Shown: positions 24,272 to 36,633, numbered from the whole stretch's first letter. The stretch is 63,819 bases of DNA, filler included, from Lama guanicoe (GCA_013239625.1; 99 parts of 99 records of this genome joined end to end with filler, not necessarily neighbours in it), one strand, 5' to 3'. The notes: generated from the letters alone by a model not told the origin. Made by a program: numbers and translations.

Positions 24272-24468
24272 TCCCCCCAAGATATATGCCTAACTGCATG
24301 TATCCCCTGGGGGAAAAAAATTCACGTATACTGGCTTCTCCCCATCTCTGCAGAGGAGATTTCTCAGAGCTGCTGAGAGGCTATGTCCCAGGCTACAGCC
24401 CTTAATAAGACCTTGAATAAAACTTCAATTGACAACTCTTATGTTGTTCATTTTTATTTAAGTAGACA
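24272..24468 (+). mobile_element. ERV1 LTR (MER41-like) 3' end
   Basis: TCTCAGAGCTGCTGAGAGGCT.TGTCCCAGGCTACAG..GAATAAAAC..TAAGTAGACA terminus. Confidence 0.7.
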
Positions 24469-24875
24469 GAAACGAGACCAACTTATTGGGTCCAAAAGTT
24501 GATATAACTTCATAACAAATAATGATAAATTGTGGGGATGTGACAAGACAAAGATGTTCGGGCTAGGGACACTAAATTATAGGAGAGTAAGAAATACATG
24601 GAGAAAGTAAAGGACAGTAAAAGTTATTTTAGTAGATTGTGTTTTTACAGGTTCACTTTGCTGTCAATGATCAGCCTTCAGTGATAAGAATGACATTCCC
24701 CTCCTGGGTCATGGTGGGCACCTTCCAGTAGGAAATGTTATGACCTGCTTTTACGTAGAAAAGGGAAGTCATGGAGCCCTTACTACATCTGCTGTTTCTC
24801 AAGTGCTTTCTGATCAAAATAGTCACTTACGCCACAGCAACATATTTTGGGGTGGCATGTTCTTAAACCCTCACA
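24469..24875 (-). mobile_element. MER34/MER39-like LTR
   Basis: Minus strand starts TGTGAGGGTTTAAGAACATGCCACCCCAAAATATG..CACTTGAGAAACAGCAGATGTAG. Confidence 0.65.
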
Positions 24876-25549
24876 ACTGAAGACAGATTCTCTTATTCTG
24901 TTAATGGCAGTAATCTTTCCAAATCCAACTTCTTGGCACAGAATGTGTATCTAAATCTTCCTTGATTCATCACATCCCTTATCCCAAAATACTAACTGAC
25001 TTTTATTTGTTTGTTTGTTTATTTTTGTGGCTAGGACAAGCCAGGAGCTGTGGGNNNNNNNNNNNNNNNNNNNNNNNNNNNNNNNNNNNNNNNNNNNNTT
25101 AATTAATTAANNNNNNNNNNNNNNNNNNNNNNNNNNNNNNNNNNNNNNNNNNNNGTTCATTTCCCCATGGTGCAAACTGAATTTCAATCTCTGATTCTGC
25201 CTTCTTCCTCCCATCATTCCCAACTGGAGATTTTTTTCCTTTTCCTTTTCCTAGTGGCTTGGAGAAAAGAAGTGTTTTATATTTTCACAAAGATGGCCAC
25301 ATACCCTCCAGTCTCCCGAGTCCCAGCTACCACCTGGATCTTTTGTTCTCCATGACCAGAAACCTAAATGTGGGCTCTTTCCTGAACCATGCCTCCCCTT
25401 GCCTTTCCTTAAAGTGCTGGACCGCTCCTGCCTGCCTGTGCCATCACAGTTGGGTTCTGCATTTGGATCATTTCCCACATCACTGCGTTGCCCCAGAGAA
25501 TCCTATCAGGCCTTCACTACTTTCCCATGCTTCCCTGACCCATCCTCTG

Positions 25550-26084
25550 AAACAGTTTAGGTTCCCAGCAGAATTCAGAGGGCAGAGAGATTTCTCGTAT
25601 ACCTCCTACCTTCACAAAAACTTAGCTCCCTCCATGATCAGCATCCCCCACCAGAGGGTGGATCTTACATCAGTAATACTGTCATTCCCTCAGAGCCTGC
25701 AGTTTACATTACCGTTCATGTTTGGTGTGCATTCTGTGGGTTTGGACAAATGTATACTTGCATGTATCCATCATTATACTGTCATTTAGAGTACTTTCAC
25801 TGTCATTATAAATCCTGTGTTCCACCTATTCATTCTTTCCCACTCAACCCCACGTCACCAATGATCTTTTCACTATCTCCACAGTTCTGCCTTTTCCAAA
25901 ATGACATATAATAAAATCATGCAAATGGAAGCCTTTTAGATTTGTTTCTTTCACTCAGTAATGTGCACTAGTATTTTCTCTATGTCTTTCCATAGCTTGA
26001 TAGCTCTTTTTTAAGTGCTGAATAATATTCCATCACCTGAATGTACTAAATTTTATCCGTTCTCTTACTGAAGGACATCTTGTT
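25550..26084 (-). mobile_element. Old L1 (L1MC/L1MD-type) 3' fragment
   Basis: CCCCACCAGAGGGTGG..CATTCTGTGGGTTTGGACAAATGTAT..GCTGAATAATATTCCAT..TGAAGGACATCTTG. Confidence 0.75.
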
Positions 26085-26184
26085 NNNNNNNNNNNNNNNN
26101 NNNNNNNNNNNNNNNNNNNNNNNNNNNNTTAATTAATTAANNNNNNNNNNNNNNNNNNNNNNNNNNNNNNNNNNNNNNNNNNNN

Positions 26185-26416
26185 AAAGAAGTTGTATATT
26201 TACACAATGGAATAATGCACATCCATAAAAAAATTATAAAATGATGCCATTTAAAGCAATGTCAATGGACCTGGGATATATCATTCTAAGCGAAGTCAGA
26301 AAGAGAAAGAAAAATGCCATATGCTATCACTTATATGTAACATCTAAAAAATAGATGAAATTATTTTAAAGACTCATAGATATAGAAAACAAACTTATGG
26401 TTTCCAGAGGGAGAAG
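26185..26416 (+). mobile_element. L1 3' fragment
   Basis: ACACAATGGAATA..ATGCCATTT..TCTAAGCGAAGTCAGAAAGAGAAAG..AACAAACTTATGGTTTCCAGAGGG. Confidence 0.85.
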
Positions 26417-26516
26417 NNNNNNNNNNNNNNNNNNNNNNNNNNNNNNNNNNNNNNNNNNNNTTAATTAATTAANNNNNNNNNNNNNNNNNNNNNNNNNNNN
26501 NNNNNNNNNNNNNNNN

Positions 26517-27050
26517 GAGTTGTCTCTCGAGCTCCCCCACGCAATGACAATGGTTCCAGAATCCTTTGGGTGGGGAGGTTCCAAAAACGGTCGATAGCGA
26601 GTGGGTTCTAACGGAATGCCTAAGCTTGTCTCCCCTGAGGGTTTTCCTAATGTCTCTGTGCCAGGGAAAGCTAGTGGGGTTTGCAGGAGTCCCAGTGACA
26701 GAGGCTGCCTCCCCAAATCCAGGGAAGTTATTTCTGAGACTTCCCCGAACAGGGAACACCTGTGACCGAAGAGAGCTGCGTGGAGTTGTCTCTCCAGCTC
26801 CCCCACGCACTGACAATGGTTCCAGAATGCTGAGCGTGGGGAGGTTCCACCAACGGTCGGCAGCGAGTGGGTTCTAACGGAATTGCAAAGCTCGTCTCCC
26901 TTGAGAGTTTTCCTAATGTCTCTGTGCCAGGGAAAGCTAGTGGGGTTTGCAGGAGTCCCAGTGACAGAGGCTGCCTCCCCAAATCCAGGGAAGTTATTTC
27001 TGAGACTTCCCCGAACAGGGAACACCTGTGACCGAAGAGAGCTGCGTGGA
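26517..27050. repeat. GC-richer satellite, 266-bp monomer (two copies)
   Basis: GAGTTGTCTCTC at 26517/26783 and GAAGAGAGCTGCGTGGA at 26768/27034. Confidence 0.95.
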
Positions 27051-27349
27051 NNNNNNNNNNNNNNNNNNNNNNNNNNNNNNNNNNNNNNNNNNNNTTAATT
27101 AATTAANNNNNNNNNNNNNNNNNNNNNNNNNNNNNNNNNNNNNNNNNNNNGTCAAATTAGGGCCAACTCCAAAAGACTCCTTAAATAAATCACAACAGCT
27201 ATGCTGGCTTACCCTTCTTGAAACGCGAACAGTACCATGTCCAAACCCATTTAAACACTTGAAGATGGAGACATTCCACACCCACCCTGGTGCCACTACA
27301 TGTCTTTTAGAGAGCCTGCGCAAGGGAGCACCCCTGGCACCATGAAAGC

Positions 27350-27765
27350 CGTCCGCAGAAAAGGCAGGGGAGGGGGGAAAAGAAGACGATGACTTCGGGG
27401 TTGTACATACCCACCGCTGAGAACCGCTTTCCAGACCGCAGCCGCCTCCTCAAGCATCTGAAGTACTTCGCGGCTTCACTATGGGGACGTCAAGGGAAGG
27501 CCGATATGTCAAGTACCCTGGGGTGGGGGCCGTTCCCGTCCTGGCGGTCCCGGATCCCGGCCTCCGACCCCCGCGCCGCTCCCCTACTTCGCGCGCCATC
27601 GAGGGCCGCCCGGGAAGTGCCGCGAGTAACGACACGGCCCGAGCGGCCCGGCCCCGCCCGAGACCCCCGGCTGCGGTCCGGCCAGGGTCGGGGTCGCGGG
27701 TCGGTCACGACGCCACTGCCGCAGCCAACGAGGCGGAGCGGGACGCCGGGCGGGCGCGGCCGGCA
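27350..27765. promoter_or_regulatory. CpG island / probable promoter-first exon region
   Basis: Very GC- and CpG-rich. ETS-like CGGGAAGTG near 27611, GC box CCCCGCCC near 27652, and a minus-strand splice donor TGG|GTATGT at 27410-27405. Confidence 0.75.
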
Positions 27766-27865
27766 NNNNNNNNNNNNNNNNNNNNNNNNNNNNNNNNNNN
27801 NNNNNNNNNTTAATTAATTAANNNNNNNNNNNNNNNNNNNNNNNNNNNNNNNNNNNNNNNNNNNN

Positions 27866-28312
27866 CATTAAAGCAACGAAAAGTGAGGGAAAAAATTAGC
27901 CACAGACTAGTGGACGTTTTGTAACGTGTAAAAATGACAAAGGGCTATTAATGAGCATATTTTTTAAAACCCCTACACTTTAATAAGAAAAACAACAAAC
28001 TGACAACAGGTTGCACACAGCTCCCTGTGGGAGAAGCCATGCAGATGGACCCTTATGTGAATGGGGCTGGAGCTGTAGAATTAGTCTTGCAAGTAACTCA
28101 CTTAAAAACAAATGCAAATGGGATACACTTCTAGAATATCTGAGTGAAATTCTTGGAAACTTACTCCTCTATGAAGCAATGACAATGGCAAAATTTGTCA
28201 AAATTAACCTCTGTAGAACTCTGGAAATGAAACCAAGGCTTTCAGCAATGAGGGGCTTGTTTGTTTGAGAAAAAAAACAGCTAAATCTCCATAAAGATAC
28301 TGAGTTTTGTGG
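27866..28312 (+). mobile_element. Old L1M fragments
   Basis: ATGACAAAGGGCTATTA..AATAAGAAAA (ORF2-like) and GTCAAAATTAACCTCTGTAGAACTCTGGAAAT (L1M 5' like). Confidence 0.5.
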
Positions 28313-28412
28313 NNNNNNNNNNNNNNNNNNNNNNNNNNNNNNNNNNNNNNNNNNNNTTAATTAATTAANNNNNNNNNNNNNNNNNNNNNNNNNNNNNNNN
28401 NNNNNNNNNNNN

Positions 28413-28847
28413 AATATAGAATTTACAACAAAGATTGCAGAACACAGAATTTAGAATATTGAGTTCAGAATACTGAATTTTGAATTATAGTATAGAATTT
28501 AAACCACAGTATATAGAACATAGAAAAAATAATATAGAAACCAGAAATTAGAACATGGAATGCAGAACACATAATTTACAATATAGAATACAGAATACTG
28601 AATATAGAATTTAGAATATAGAATGTAGAACACAGAATAAAGAATATACAATACGGAATGCAGAATATAGAATACAGAATATCGAATTTAGAAAACAGAT
28701 TATACAATATGGAAAACAGAATACAAAACCCAGAATTTAGAACATGGAATGCAGAAAACAAAAGTTAGAATACAGAATACAGAATACTGAATATAGAATT
28801 AAACATAAAATGCAGAACACAGAATTTAGAATATAGAATACAGAATA
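28413..28847. repeat. AGAATAT-heptamer satellite
   Basis: Heptamer units throughout. Confidence 0.93.
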
Positions 28848-29019
28848 NNNNNNNNNNNNNNNNNNNNNNNNNNNNNNNNNNNNNNNNNNNNTTAATTAAT
28901 TAANNNNNNNNNNNNNNNNNNNNNNNNNNNNNNNNNNNNNNNNNNNNAACTAAAAAGGTAAAATTTACAATTTCAGAATGCTTTACTGAACAATAGAAGA
29001 ATATACATTATATATGTTG

Positions 29020-29532
29020 TATTCAGAATATACAAAGAACTTTTAACATTCAACAATAAGATCATAATCTGATTAAATATGAACAAGAGATCTGAAGAGA
29101 CCACTACTGAAGATTTTCAGACAGTAAATAAGCATGTAAAAAGATGTTCAACACCATTTGTTATTAGGAGAATGAAAATTAACAGAGCAACGTGTTATCT
29201 CTACACAGCTTTCTAAAAGGTTAAACCATAAACTGACAGTACCAGTTGCTGGTGAGGATGCAGAGTAACAGGAACTCTCATGCAATCCTGCTGGGAATGG
29301 AAAATAGTAGAGCCACTTTGGAAGACAATTTAGCAGTATTTTGCAAAGTTCATAGTATTACCATAAAATCCAGGAGCTACACTCATAGGGATTTAATTAT
29401 TTCAAAGCTATATCCATATAAAATTCAACACATAAATGTTTAGAACAGCTTTACTCAATACTACCAAAAACTAAAAGCAACCAGGATGTCCCTGAGTACA
29501 TGAATGGGTAAGCAAACAGTGGTACATCCGTA
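29020..29532 (+). mobile_element. Old L1 ORF2 3' fragment
   Basis: AATAAGCATGTAAAAAGATGTTCAAC..GGTGAGGATGCAGAGTAACAGGAACTCTCAT..GCCACTTTGGAAGACAATTTAGCAGT. Confidence 0.85.
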
Positions 29533-30269
29533 NNNNNNNNNNNNNNNNNNNNNNNNNNNNNNNNNNNNNNNNNNNNTTAATTAATTAANNNNNNNNNNNN
29601 NNNNNNNNNNNNNNNNNNNNNNNNNNNNNNNNTCAGGAGTCTCCTCCTTGGTGCAGAGTCAGTCCCCACACTCAGGGCCTGTACGGGGCAAAGCAGGTCG
29701 TCGCAGAGCGTGCGCAGTGTGACTTCTGTTGTCAGTGTGACTTCTTGTTTGTGGCCCAGGAGCTTCTAAGATGGATCCCGAAGACGATTATTTTACCTAG
29801 TTTTATAGAATCCTAAAACCGCGAGCCGGGAGTTTTCTGGCTCACCTTAGTTCTTGGCTTGAATGACCACCCGGGAAGCCCGGAGGCCGTCCTGTGTGAT
29901 GTCCCCAAGGAGCAAGATACAGACAAAAACCCAGCAGAGCATGAGCTCCAGTGAAGGACTTGAAAGAATGCCTGCTTTTCCATTTCGGTCCCCAGCTCGG
30001 ACTCGGGAGTGGGAGCAGCGAGGGAGTCAGTCGTGGCGACCCCTTCGGCTGGCCCGCGGGTGGGCTGCCGGGTGCTTGCTGTGCTGACGATCGCTTGAGT
30101 TGAGTGGTCCCATCTGGTGTTAAACGCCCGGCCCTCTGCCGCGCCCCTCCCTTTCCCCGAAAGATACACNNNNNNNNNNNNNNNNNNNNNNNNNNNNNNN
30201 NNNNNNNNNNNNNTTAATTAATTAANNNNNNNNNNNNNNNNNNNNNNNNNNNNNNNNNNNNNNNNNNNN

Positions 30270-30668
30270 CACTCCATACATATATATGGGGAGGTACAAG
30301 CTCCAACACGGGTTTACAATGTAACCTGCAGGAACTTCATACCGGTTGTAGGAAACAGACTGAGAAACCAGAGTAAGTGATTCTACTGCAACCCGTTTCC
30401 TTTCTGCTAAATGAACGAATGTCTCTCCACATGCTCAGTTCTGAGAGATGTGGGTGTGTGAAAACCGCCTTCACCTAGCTTGAAGGGAACACAACGTTTC
30501 TTTTCACTTGCCAACCCCACTACATACATATATATGGGGAGGTACAAGCTCCAACTCGGTTTTTCACTGAAACTTGCAGGAACTTCAAACCGGAATTAGG
30601 ATACAGACTGAGAAACCACCGTAAGTGTTTCTCCTGCAAACCATTCCCTTTGTGCAAGATGAACGAAC
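30270..30668. repeat. 249-bp satellite
   Basis: CATATATATGGGGAGGTACAAGCTCCAAC occurs twice. Confidence 0.93.
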
Positions 30669-30768
30669 NNNNNNNNNNNNNNNNNNNNNNNNNNNNNNNN
30701 NNNNNNNNNNNNTTAATTAATTAANNNNNNNNNNNNNNNNNNNNNNNNNNNNNNNNNNNNNNNNNNNN

Positions 30769-31175
30769 TTTTGTGGCAAATTTTATTTTGTTCATTTTTA
30801 AGGCTGAGTAGTATTCCGTTGTATAAATATAGCACAATTGCTTTATCTAGTCCTGTGTTGATGGGTATTTAGGTTACTTCCATGTCTTTTGTATTGTATA
30901 TAGTGCTGCTATGAACATTGGGGTGCATGTATATTTTCAAGTGAGAATACCCTCCCTATATACCGAAGAGTGGGATGGCTGGATCATATGGAAAATGCAT
31001 TGTTAGCTTTTTGAGGAATCATCATACAGTTTTCCACAATGGCTGCACCAAACTACATTCCCACCGACAATGTAGGAGGGCTCCCTTTTCTCCACAGCTT
31101 CTCCTGCATTTATCTTTTTTGGGCTTTTGAATGATGTTCATTCTAACTGGTGTGAGATGATACCTCATTTAGTTT
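30769..31175 (-). mobile_element. L1 3' fragment
   Basis: GGCTGAGTAGTATTCC..GCTGCTATGAACATTGGGGTGCATGT..GGCTGCACCAAACTACATTCCCACC. Confidence 0.92.
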
Positions 31176-31826
31176 CCTATGATAATNNNNNNNNNNNNNN
31201 NNNNNNNNNNNNNNNNNNNNNNNNNNNNNNTTAATTAATTAANNNNNNNNNNNNNNNNNNNNNNNNNNNNNNNNNNNNNNNNNNNNATTGAGTGTTCATA
31301 ACGTTCGATGTCTCTCTAGGGAATGTGTTGTTTTTCTTTCCCTTGGCTTTGTATTATCCTCTTCTTTAGACATGTGTTTTTATACAAGTGTTTTGTGTCA
31401 TTAGAATTTCAAACTGTTGCCCACGGCACAGTGGTCTTCTCCCCTCAGCCCTATCGCCTTTGATGGAGCCTTCAGAAAGCATCAGAGTTCTTAAATGCTG
31501 AGTATCGTAGACTTTGTGTGTTTGTCGAATGTGGGTCTTCAGTTTGAGCCCTTGCTCCACACTTATGTATCCTCGCTTTTCTGTTTCTTCCCTAAAACTT
31601 TCTTTTCTGATTGTTGCTGTTTAAGTTATCGAGATTCCTGTTTTCCTTCTTTGGTTTCCCGGCTCAGTCCAGGTGAATCTACTGTTTTGCATGGCCGTTC
31701 AAGTCCTCATGACTGGGAAAGTGCAGNNNNNNNNNNNNNNNNNNNNNNNNNNNNNNNNNNNNNNNNNNNNTTAATTAATTAANNNNNNNNNNNNNNNNNN
31801 NNNNNNNNNNNNNNNNNNNNNNNNNN

Positions 31827-32204
31827 CCTCCATCCTGGTGGTCCAGGAGGACCTGGGCACGGCCTCTGTGTGTGATGGGGACAGTTCCCGGCTGTCCTGT
31901 GAGGTCCCCCACCCTGGTGGTCCACGAGGACCTGGGCACAGCCTCTGTGTGTGATGGGGACAGTTGCCGGCTGTCCTGTGAGGTCCCCAACCCTGGTGGT
32001 CCACGAGGACCTGGGCACAGCCTCTGTGATGGGGACAGAGCCCCAGCTGTCCTGTGAGGTCCCTCCATCCTGGTGGTCCAGGAGGACCTGGGCACGGCCT
32101 CTGTGTGTGACAGGGCAGTGCCCCAGCTGTCCTGTGAGGGCCCCCATCCTGGTGTTCCATGAGGACCTGGGCACGGCCTCTGTGTGTGACGGGGACAGTG
32201 CCCC
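31827..32204. repeat. GC-rich 79-bp minisatellite (~4.8 copies)
   Basis: CCTGGTG at 31834, 31913, 31992, 32069 and 32148. Confidence 0.95.
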
Positions 32205-32388
32205 ATTACACTTCCAGTCCAGCCGACAGGACGGGGCCGGCTGCTCACCATTCAGGAGTCTGCATGTTGTCCCACAGCGGGATGCTTGNNNNNNNNNNNN
32301 NNNNNNNNNNNNNNNNNNNNNNNNNNNNNNNNTTAATTAATTAANNNNNNNNNNNNNNNNNNNNNNNNNNNNNNNNNNNNNNNNNNNN

Positions 32389-33080
32389 TCTCTAAATTTT
32401 TGGCAGAAGTCACCTCTGAAGATGTCTAGGCCTGTAAATTTGTTTCCTGGGAGATTTTGTTTAATTATTAATTCAATTTCATTAGTGCTAATCTGTTAAT
32501 ATTTTCTATTTCTCATTCCATCCTGGAGAATATGTCTTTCAAAAAATTGTCCTTTTCTTCTAGGGTTTCCATTTTAATTGGCATATAATTTGTTGTATCA
32601 TCTTATGATGCTTTGTGTTACTTTGATATAAGCTGTAACTTCTCATTCATTTTTGAGCTTTTTAATCTTTACTCTCTTTTTTGCACATTAGTCTCATTAA
32701 AGCTTAACAGTTATATTTATATTTCAAAAGCAATTATGTAGTTTGATTAGATGTTTCTATTTTTAATATTTTTTAATATATATTCTGACCTTTCAGCTGT
32801 CTTTCCATCAACTAACAAGTTTGTTTATTATTTTTCTACATCTTTTCTTTGTAAGATTATGTTATAAGAGAGAGAGATGTTTCTTATTTGTATAAGTGGG
32901 ATTATTTTGCTATAAGCATCCCTATTAATACTTCTTTTGCTATACCCCATGGAATTTGTTTTTGTTGTCATATTTCTTTATAGATATTTCCTTTGATTCT
33001 TACAGCAATCCATTTTTGTTTAATATTGTATGATTTATCCACCACACTTTACAATTTTTCTCAGGTTTTTCCTTTCAGTA
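32389..33080 (-). mobile_element. Degraded L1 ORF2 fragment
   Basis: T-rich antisense L1 pattern (TTTGGCAGAAGTCACCTCTGAAG.TGTCTAGGCCTG..ATTCAATTTC). Confidence 0.7.
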
Positions 33081-33278
33081 AATTCCTTTTCTCACAGAAT
33101 CCATATGTTTCTTCACAAAACACAGAGAGAAATAATAAAATTTATATAAAATTGTGAAAGATCCAAATTTTCTATTATNNNNNNNNNNNNNNNNNNNNNN
33201 NNNNNNNNNNNNNNNNNNNNNNTTAATTAATTAANNNNNNNNNNNNNNNNNNNNNNNNNNNNNNNNNNNNNNNNNNNN

Positions 33279-33792
33279 CACCAGGAGGTGATGAGTTTTG
33301 AATATTTATTATCTTTGTTTCTAGAAGAATTTATTGAATTCTGTTAACAGAATTTAATTCTTAGTAATGGCTTTGGTTAACAACCGGCTCAGAACATTCA
33401 TGAGAATGTGAGAGTCAGCTCTTGTGAGCAGGTATGAGCCGCTCCGCCACAGCACGGCCCCCAGGAGGTGTGAGAATTCCAGATGTGAGATTCTCTGAGG
33501 AAAGGTGCTCATGTAGCCTGCATCAGCAGGGACCCAGACGGGCTGTGTTCTAGGAGGGAGGAGGGCAGGGGGCAGGAACAGAAGAGGTCTTTCCGGAGGA
33601 GGTGGGCTCAGAGCTGAGCTGTGGAGCATGAGGAGGGTCTGGCAAGGGGGATGGGAGAGCAGCCTGCTTGAGGGCCTGGTTGTGGGGGAACTTGGAGCGA
33701 GGACGGGAAGCAGTCAGAGCTCATGTGTAGTGAATCTGTGCCCAAACCTGACCCCTGAATTGTTTCTTTCTTTGTAGGTCATTTTGCACGAT
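33279..33792. repeat. Copy 2 of the near-identical contig pair (copy 1 at 9730..10242)
   Basis: Same end points as copy 1, with a few SNPs and indels. Confidence 0.95.
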
Positions 33793-33904
33793 NNNNNNNN
33801 NNNNNNNNNNNNNNNNNNNNNNNNNNNNNNNNNNNNTTAATTAATTAANNNNNNNNNNNNNNNNNNNNNNNNNNNNNNNNNNNNNNNNNNNNCTTGCTTT
33901 TACA

Positions 33905-34025
33905 GCTCTGGAGATGGATGGTTGAACATCTGTGTGACTATGCTTAAGGGCCGTTGAGTCGTTCACTTTAAGATGGTTAAAATGACAAATTTTATGTTAT
34001 GTGTATTTTATCACAATTAAAAATT
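33905..34025 (+). mobile_element. L1MB-type 3' end
   Basis: CTGGAGATGGATGGT..CACTTTAAGATGGTTAAAATG..AATTTTATGTTATGTGTATTTTATCACAATTAAAAA. Confidence 0.8.
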
Positions 34026-34931
34026 TAATTACAATTAATTAAATAAAATGAATCCTTTACTGGCTTCTCTGACTGCTAAAAATTTCACACTGCTCAAGCT
34101 GCAATGAACACCTTTCGGACTGGCACCCAGTAACACCTCCTCCCCTGGGAACTACACCAACACTNNNNNNNNNNNNNNNNNNNNNNNNNNNNNNNNNNNN
34201 NNNNNNNNTTAATTAATTAANNNNNNNNNNNNNNNNNNNNNNNNNNNNNNNNNNNNNNNNNNNNCAGAAAACTGGGATACACCATTCTGGGGCCAAAATG
34301 GAAAAAAAAAAAAGTAACCCAATGACATTTTGAAAACAATTTTCTAAAAAAATACATTCTCTATAGATTTATTTCCAAATGAATGAAGACCAATAGTCCC
34401 CTTTCGTTTGGTTTGAAAGTTTCGGAAGAGGTAATCTTGACATTTTCTTGCACGTATATGATTTTTATGATACATGCACACAGACATGCACACCCATTCA
34501 TCCATATATACAGCTCATGAGATTTGAACATCTTAGGAAGAAAAAGATGCTCTCATCCACTACTCTTCAAGAAATTCACCCCCACACCTTGTTGGCAATT
34601 CAGTGTATATAAAAGACTTGATTTAGACACTACTATGGCTTAGAGATTTCGAGACCATATTAATGGGCAGATTTCAGAAATTAGAAACTGCTATTTAAAC
34701 TCTTATTTCTTAAGTCATGGCCTTATACGTTCTATGTAAACATCCCTAAATGAACCAAGATTAGTCAGAGAAATTTATTCTGAGGAATATTGACAAAAGA
34801 AGCAAAACAATGCAAATTTGGCCTTGTATTTNNNNNNNNNNNNNNNNNNNNNNNNNNNNNNNNNNNNNNNNNNNNTTAATTAATTAANNNNNNNNNNNNN
34901 NNNNNNNNNNNNNNNNNNNNNNNNNNNNNNN

Positions 34932-35255
34932 GAATTACGGCTTTCACACACAGTTATCTCTCAGAACTGAGCATGAGGAGTGACGTTCTTTCATCCAGCA
35001 CAAAGGAACTGTTTGCAGGAGAAACCCTTCCTCTGGTTTCTCAGTCTGTTTCCGAGTGCCGGTTTGAATTTCTTGCGATTTTCACTGTAAATCCGAGTTG
35101 GAGCTTGTACCTCCCCATATTTATGTATGGAGTGGATTTTGCAACTGAAAAGAAACTTTGTGTTCCCTTCAAGCGTGTTGAAGGACGGCTTTCACACATT
35201 CTTATTTCTCAGAACTGATCATGTGGAGAGATGTTCGTTCATCCAGCACAAAGGG
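34932..35255. repeat. 249-bp satellite
   Basis: ACGGCTTTCACACA..CAGAACTGA..GAGTTGGAGCTTGTACCTCCCCATAT. Confidence 0.93.
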
Positions 35256-36119
35256 NNNNNNNNNNNNNNNNNNNNNNNNNNNNNNNNNNNNNNNNNNNNT
35301 TAATTAATTAANNNNNNNNNNNNNNNNNNNNNNNNNNNNNNNNNNNNNNNNNNNNATGCCTCCAGATGCTTTCTCAGCAACATCAGGGGCAGCCTACCCC
35401 TCAAATCCTGCTCTTCTACATTCACTGCTCCTCTGTTCATATATGATTCCAACTGTGAAATCCTGTATTATGGCCCCAGGTTGGAGTGTGTTCGGCAGCA
35501 CTGCAACTGCAAGATACTGTTAGGGGGCATGGAGAGGGAAGAAAGAAATTAAATAGAACAAAGACATATGCAGGGGTAAAGCGCAGCATGGGCTGAACTT
35601 CAGGAAATAGGAGATGATGTGCCCAAAAGGGAGACCATTACCTGCCTTTATTCTCCTGCATCCTCATTGTTTCCTCCAAGAGCCCTTTGCTGGCTTAACC
35701 ACCAATTAGACAGTCACAGCCAAGCCATTTGCATGGGCTCTACCTTCACGCCATGCTGCGAGCTCATTGCCTTGCATCTTTATGACATTTATTATGACAT
35801 TTACTATATGACATTGAAAACTGGCTAAAGGTTGAAACACTTAGAAAGCACATCCACCAGGGAACTGAACATTGTACCTGCTAGAAGNNNNNNNNNNNNN
35901 NNNNNNNNNNNNNNNNNNNNNNNNNNNNNNNTTAATTAATTAANNNNNNNNNNNNNNNNNNNNNNNNNNNNNNNNNNNNNNNNNNNNTCTAGTGGAAACT
36001 CATTCATTCATTTATTAAAATAACCATTACTGGCCTCGTATGTGGCGGTCATGTTCTGGCAACTGAGGATTCAGAGTCCCTTCTCATGGAACGGACAGCC
36101 TATATGAGGAAGAGACAAC

Positions 36120-36354
36120 ATGTACATCAGGGTTCGTCTTGCGTGGTGCATGAATTTCAGTTTAGATCAATAGCATGAATCCCCCAACACGCAGTTCAGA
36201 ATTCACTTACCACAGGAAAGTTACTTTGCACAATTGCATCAAGTATAACTGTTTTGCTGACTCTACGTCAGCCCACAGATCACTGTGTACTAACAGATGC
36301 TCGTCGTGGTCAGTAACCAATCACGTCCATACTTTGAAAGCCTGTAGTAATTGA
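36120..36354. mobile_element. Possible old Tigger-family fragment
   Basis: AACAGATGCTC..GTCAGTAACCAATCACGTC..TTTGAAAG resembles a recalled Tigger MITE; family uncertain. Confidence 0.35.
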
Positions 36355-36454
36355 NNNNNNNNNNNNNNNNNNNNNNNNNNNNNNNNNNNNNNNNNNNNTT
36401 AATTAATTAANNNNNNNNNNNNNNNNNNNNNNNNNNNNNNNNNNNNNNNNNNNN

Positions 36455-36633
36455 CCTCCTCCTCCAACTTCCCCTCCTCCTCCCCATCCTCCACCTCTTC
36501 CTCTTCCACCTCCTCCTCCACCTCCACCACCTCGTCCTCCTCCACCTCCTCCTCCTCATCTTCCTCCTCCACCTCCTCCTCTTCCAACTCCTCCTCTTCC
36601 ACCTCCTCCTACACCACCTCCTCCACTCCTCCA
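36455..36633. repeat. Imperfect (CCT/CCA)n trinucleotide repeat
   Basis: Seen directly in the sequence. Confidence 0.9.

Noticed and set aside
25259..25789. 176-aa ORF
   Set aside because: It has a non-ATG start, runs into antisense old L1, and has no recognisable domain.
26465..27098. ORFs up to 186 aa (also 46617-47098)
   Set aside because: They lie wholly within the 266/267-bp satellite and run into N linkers.
31771..32344. Overlapping ORFs in nearly all frames
   Set aside because: A product of the GC-rich 79-bp VNTR; the unit length is not a multiple of 3.
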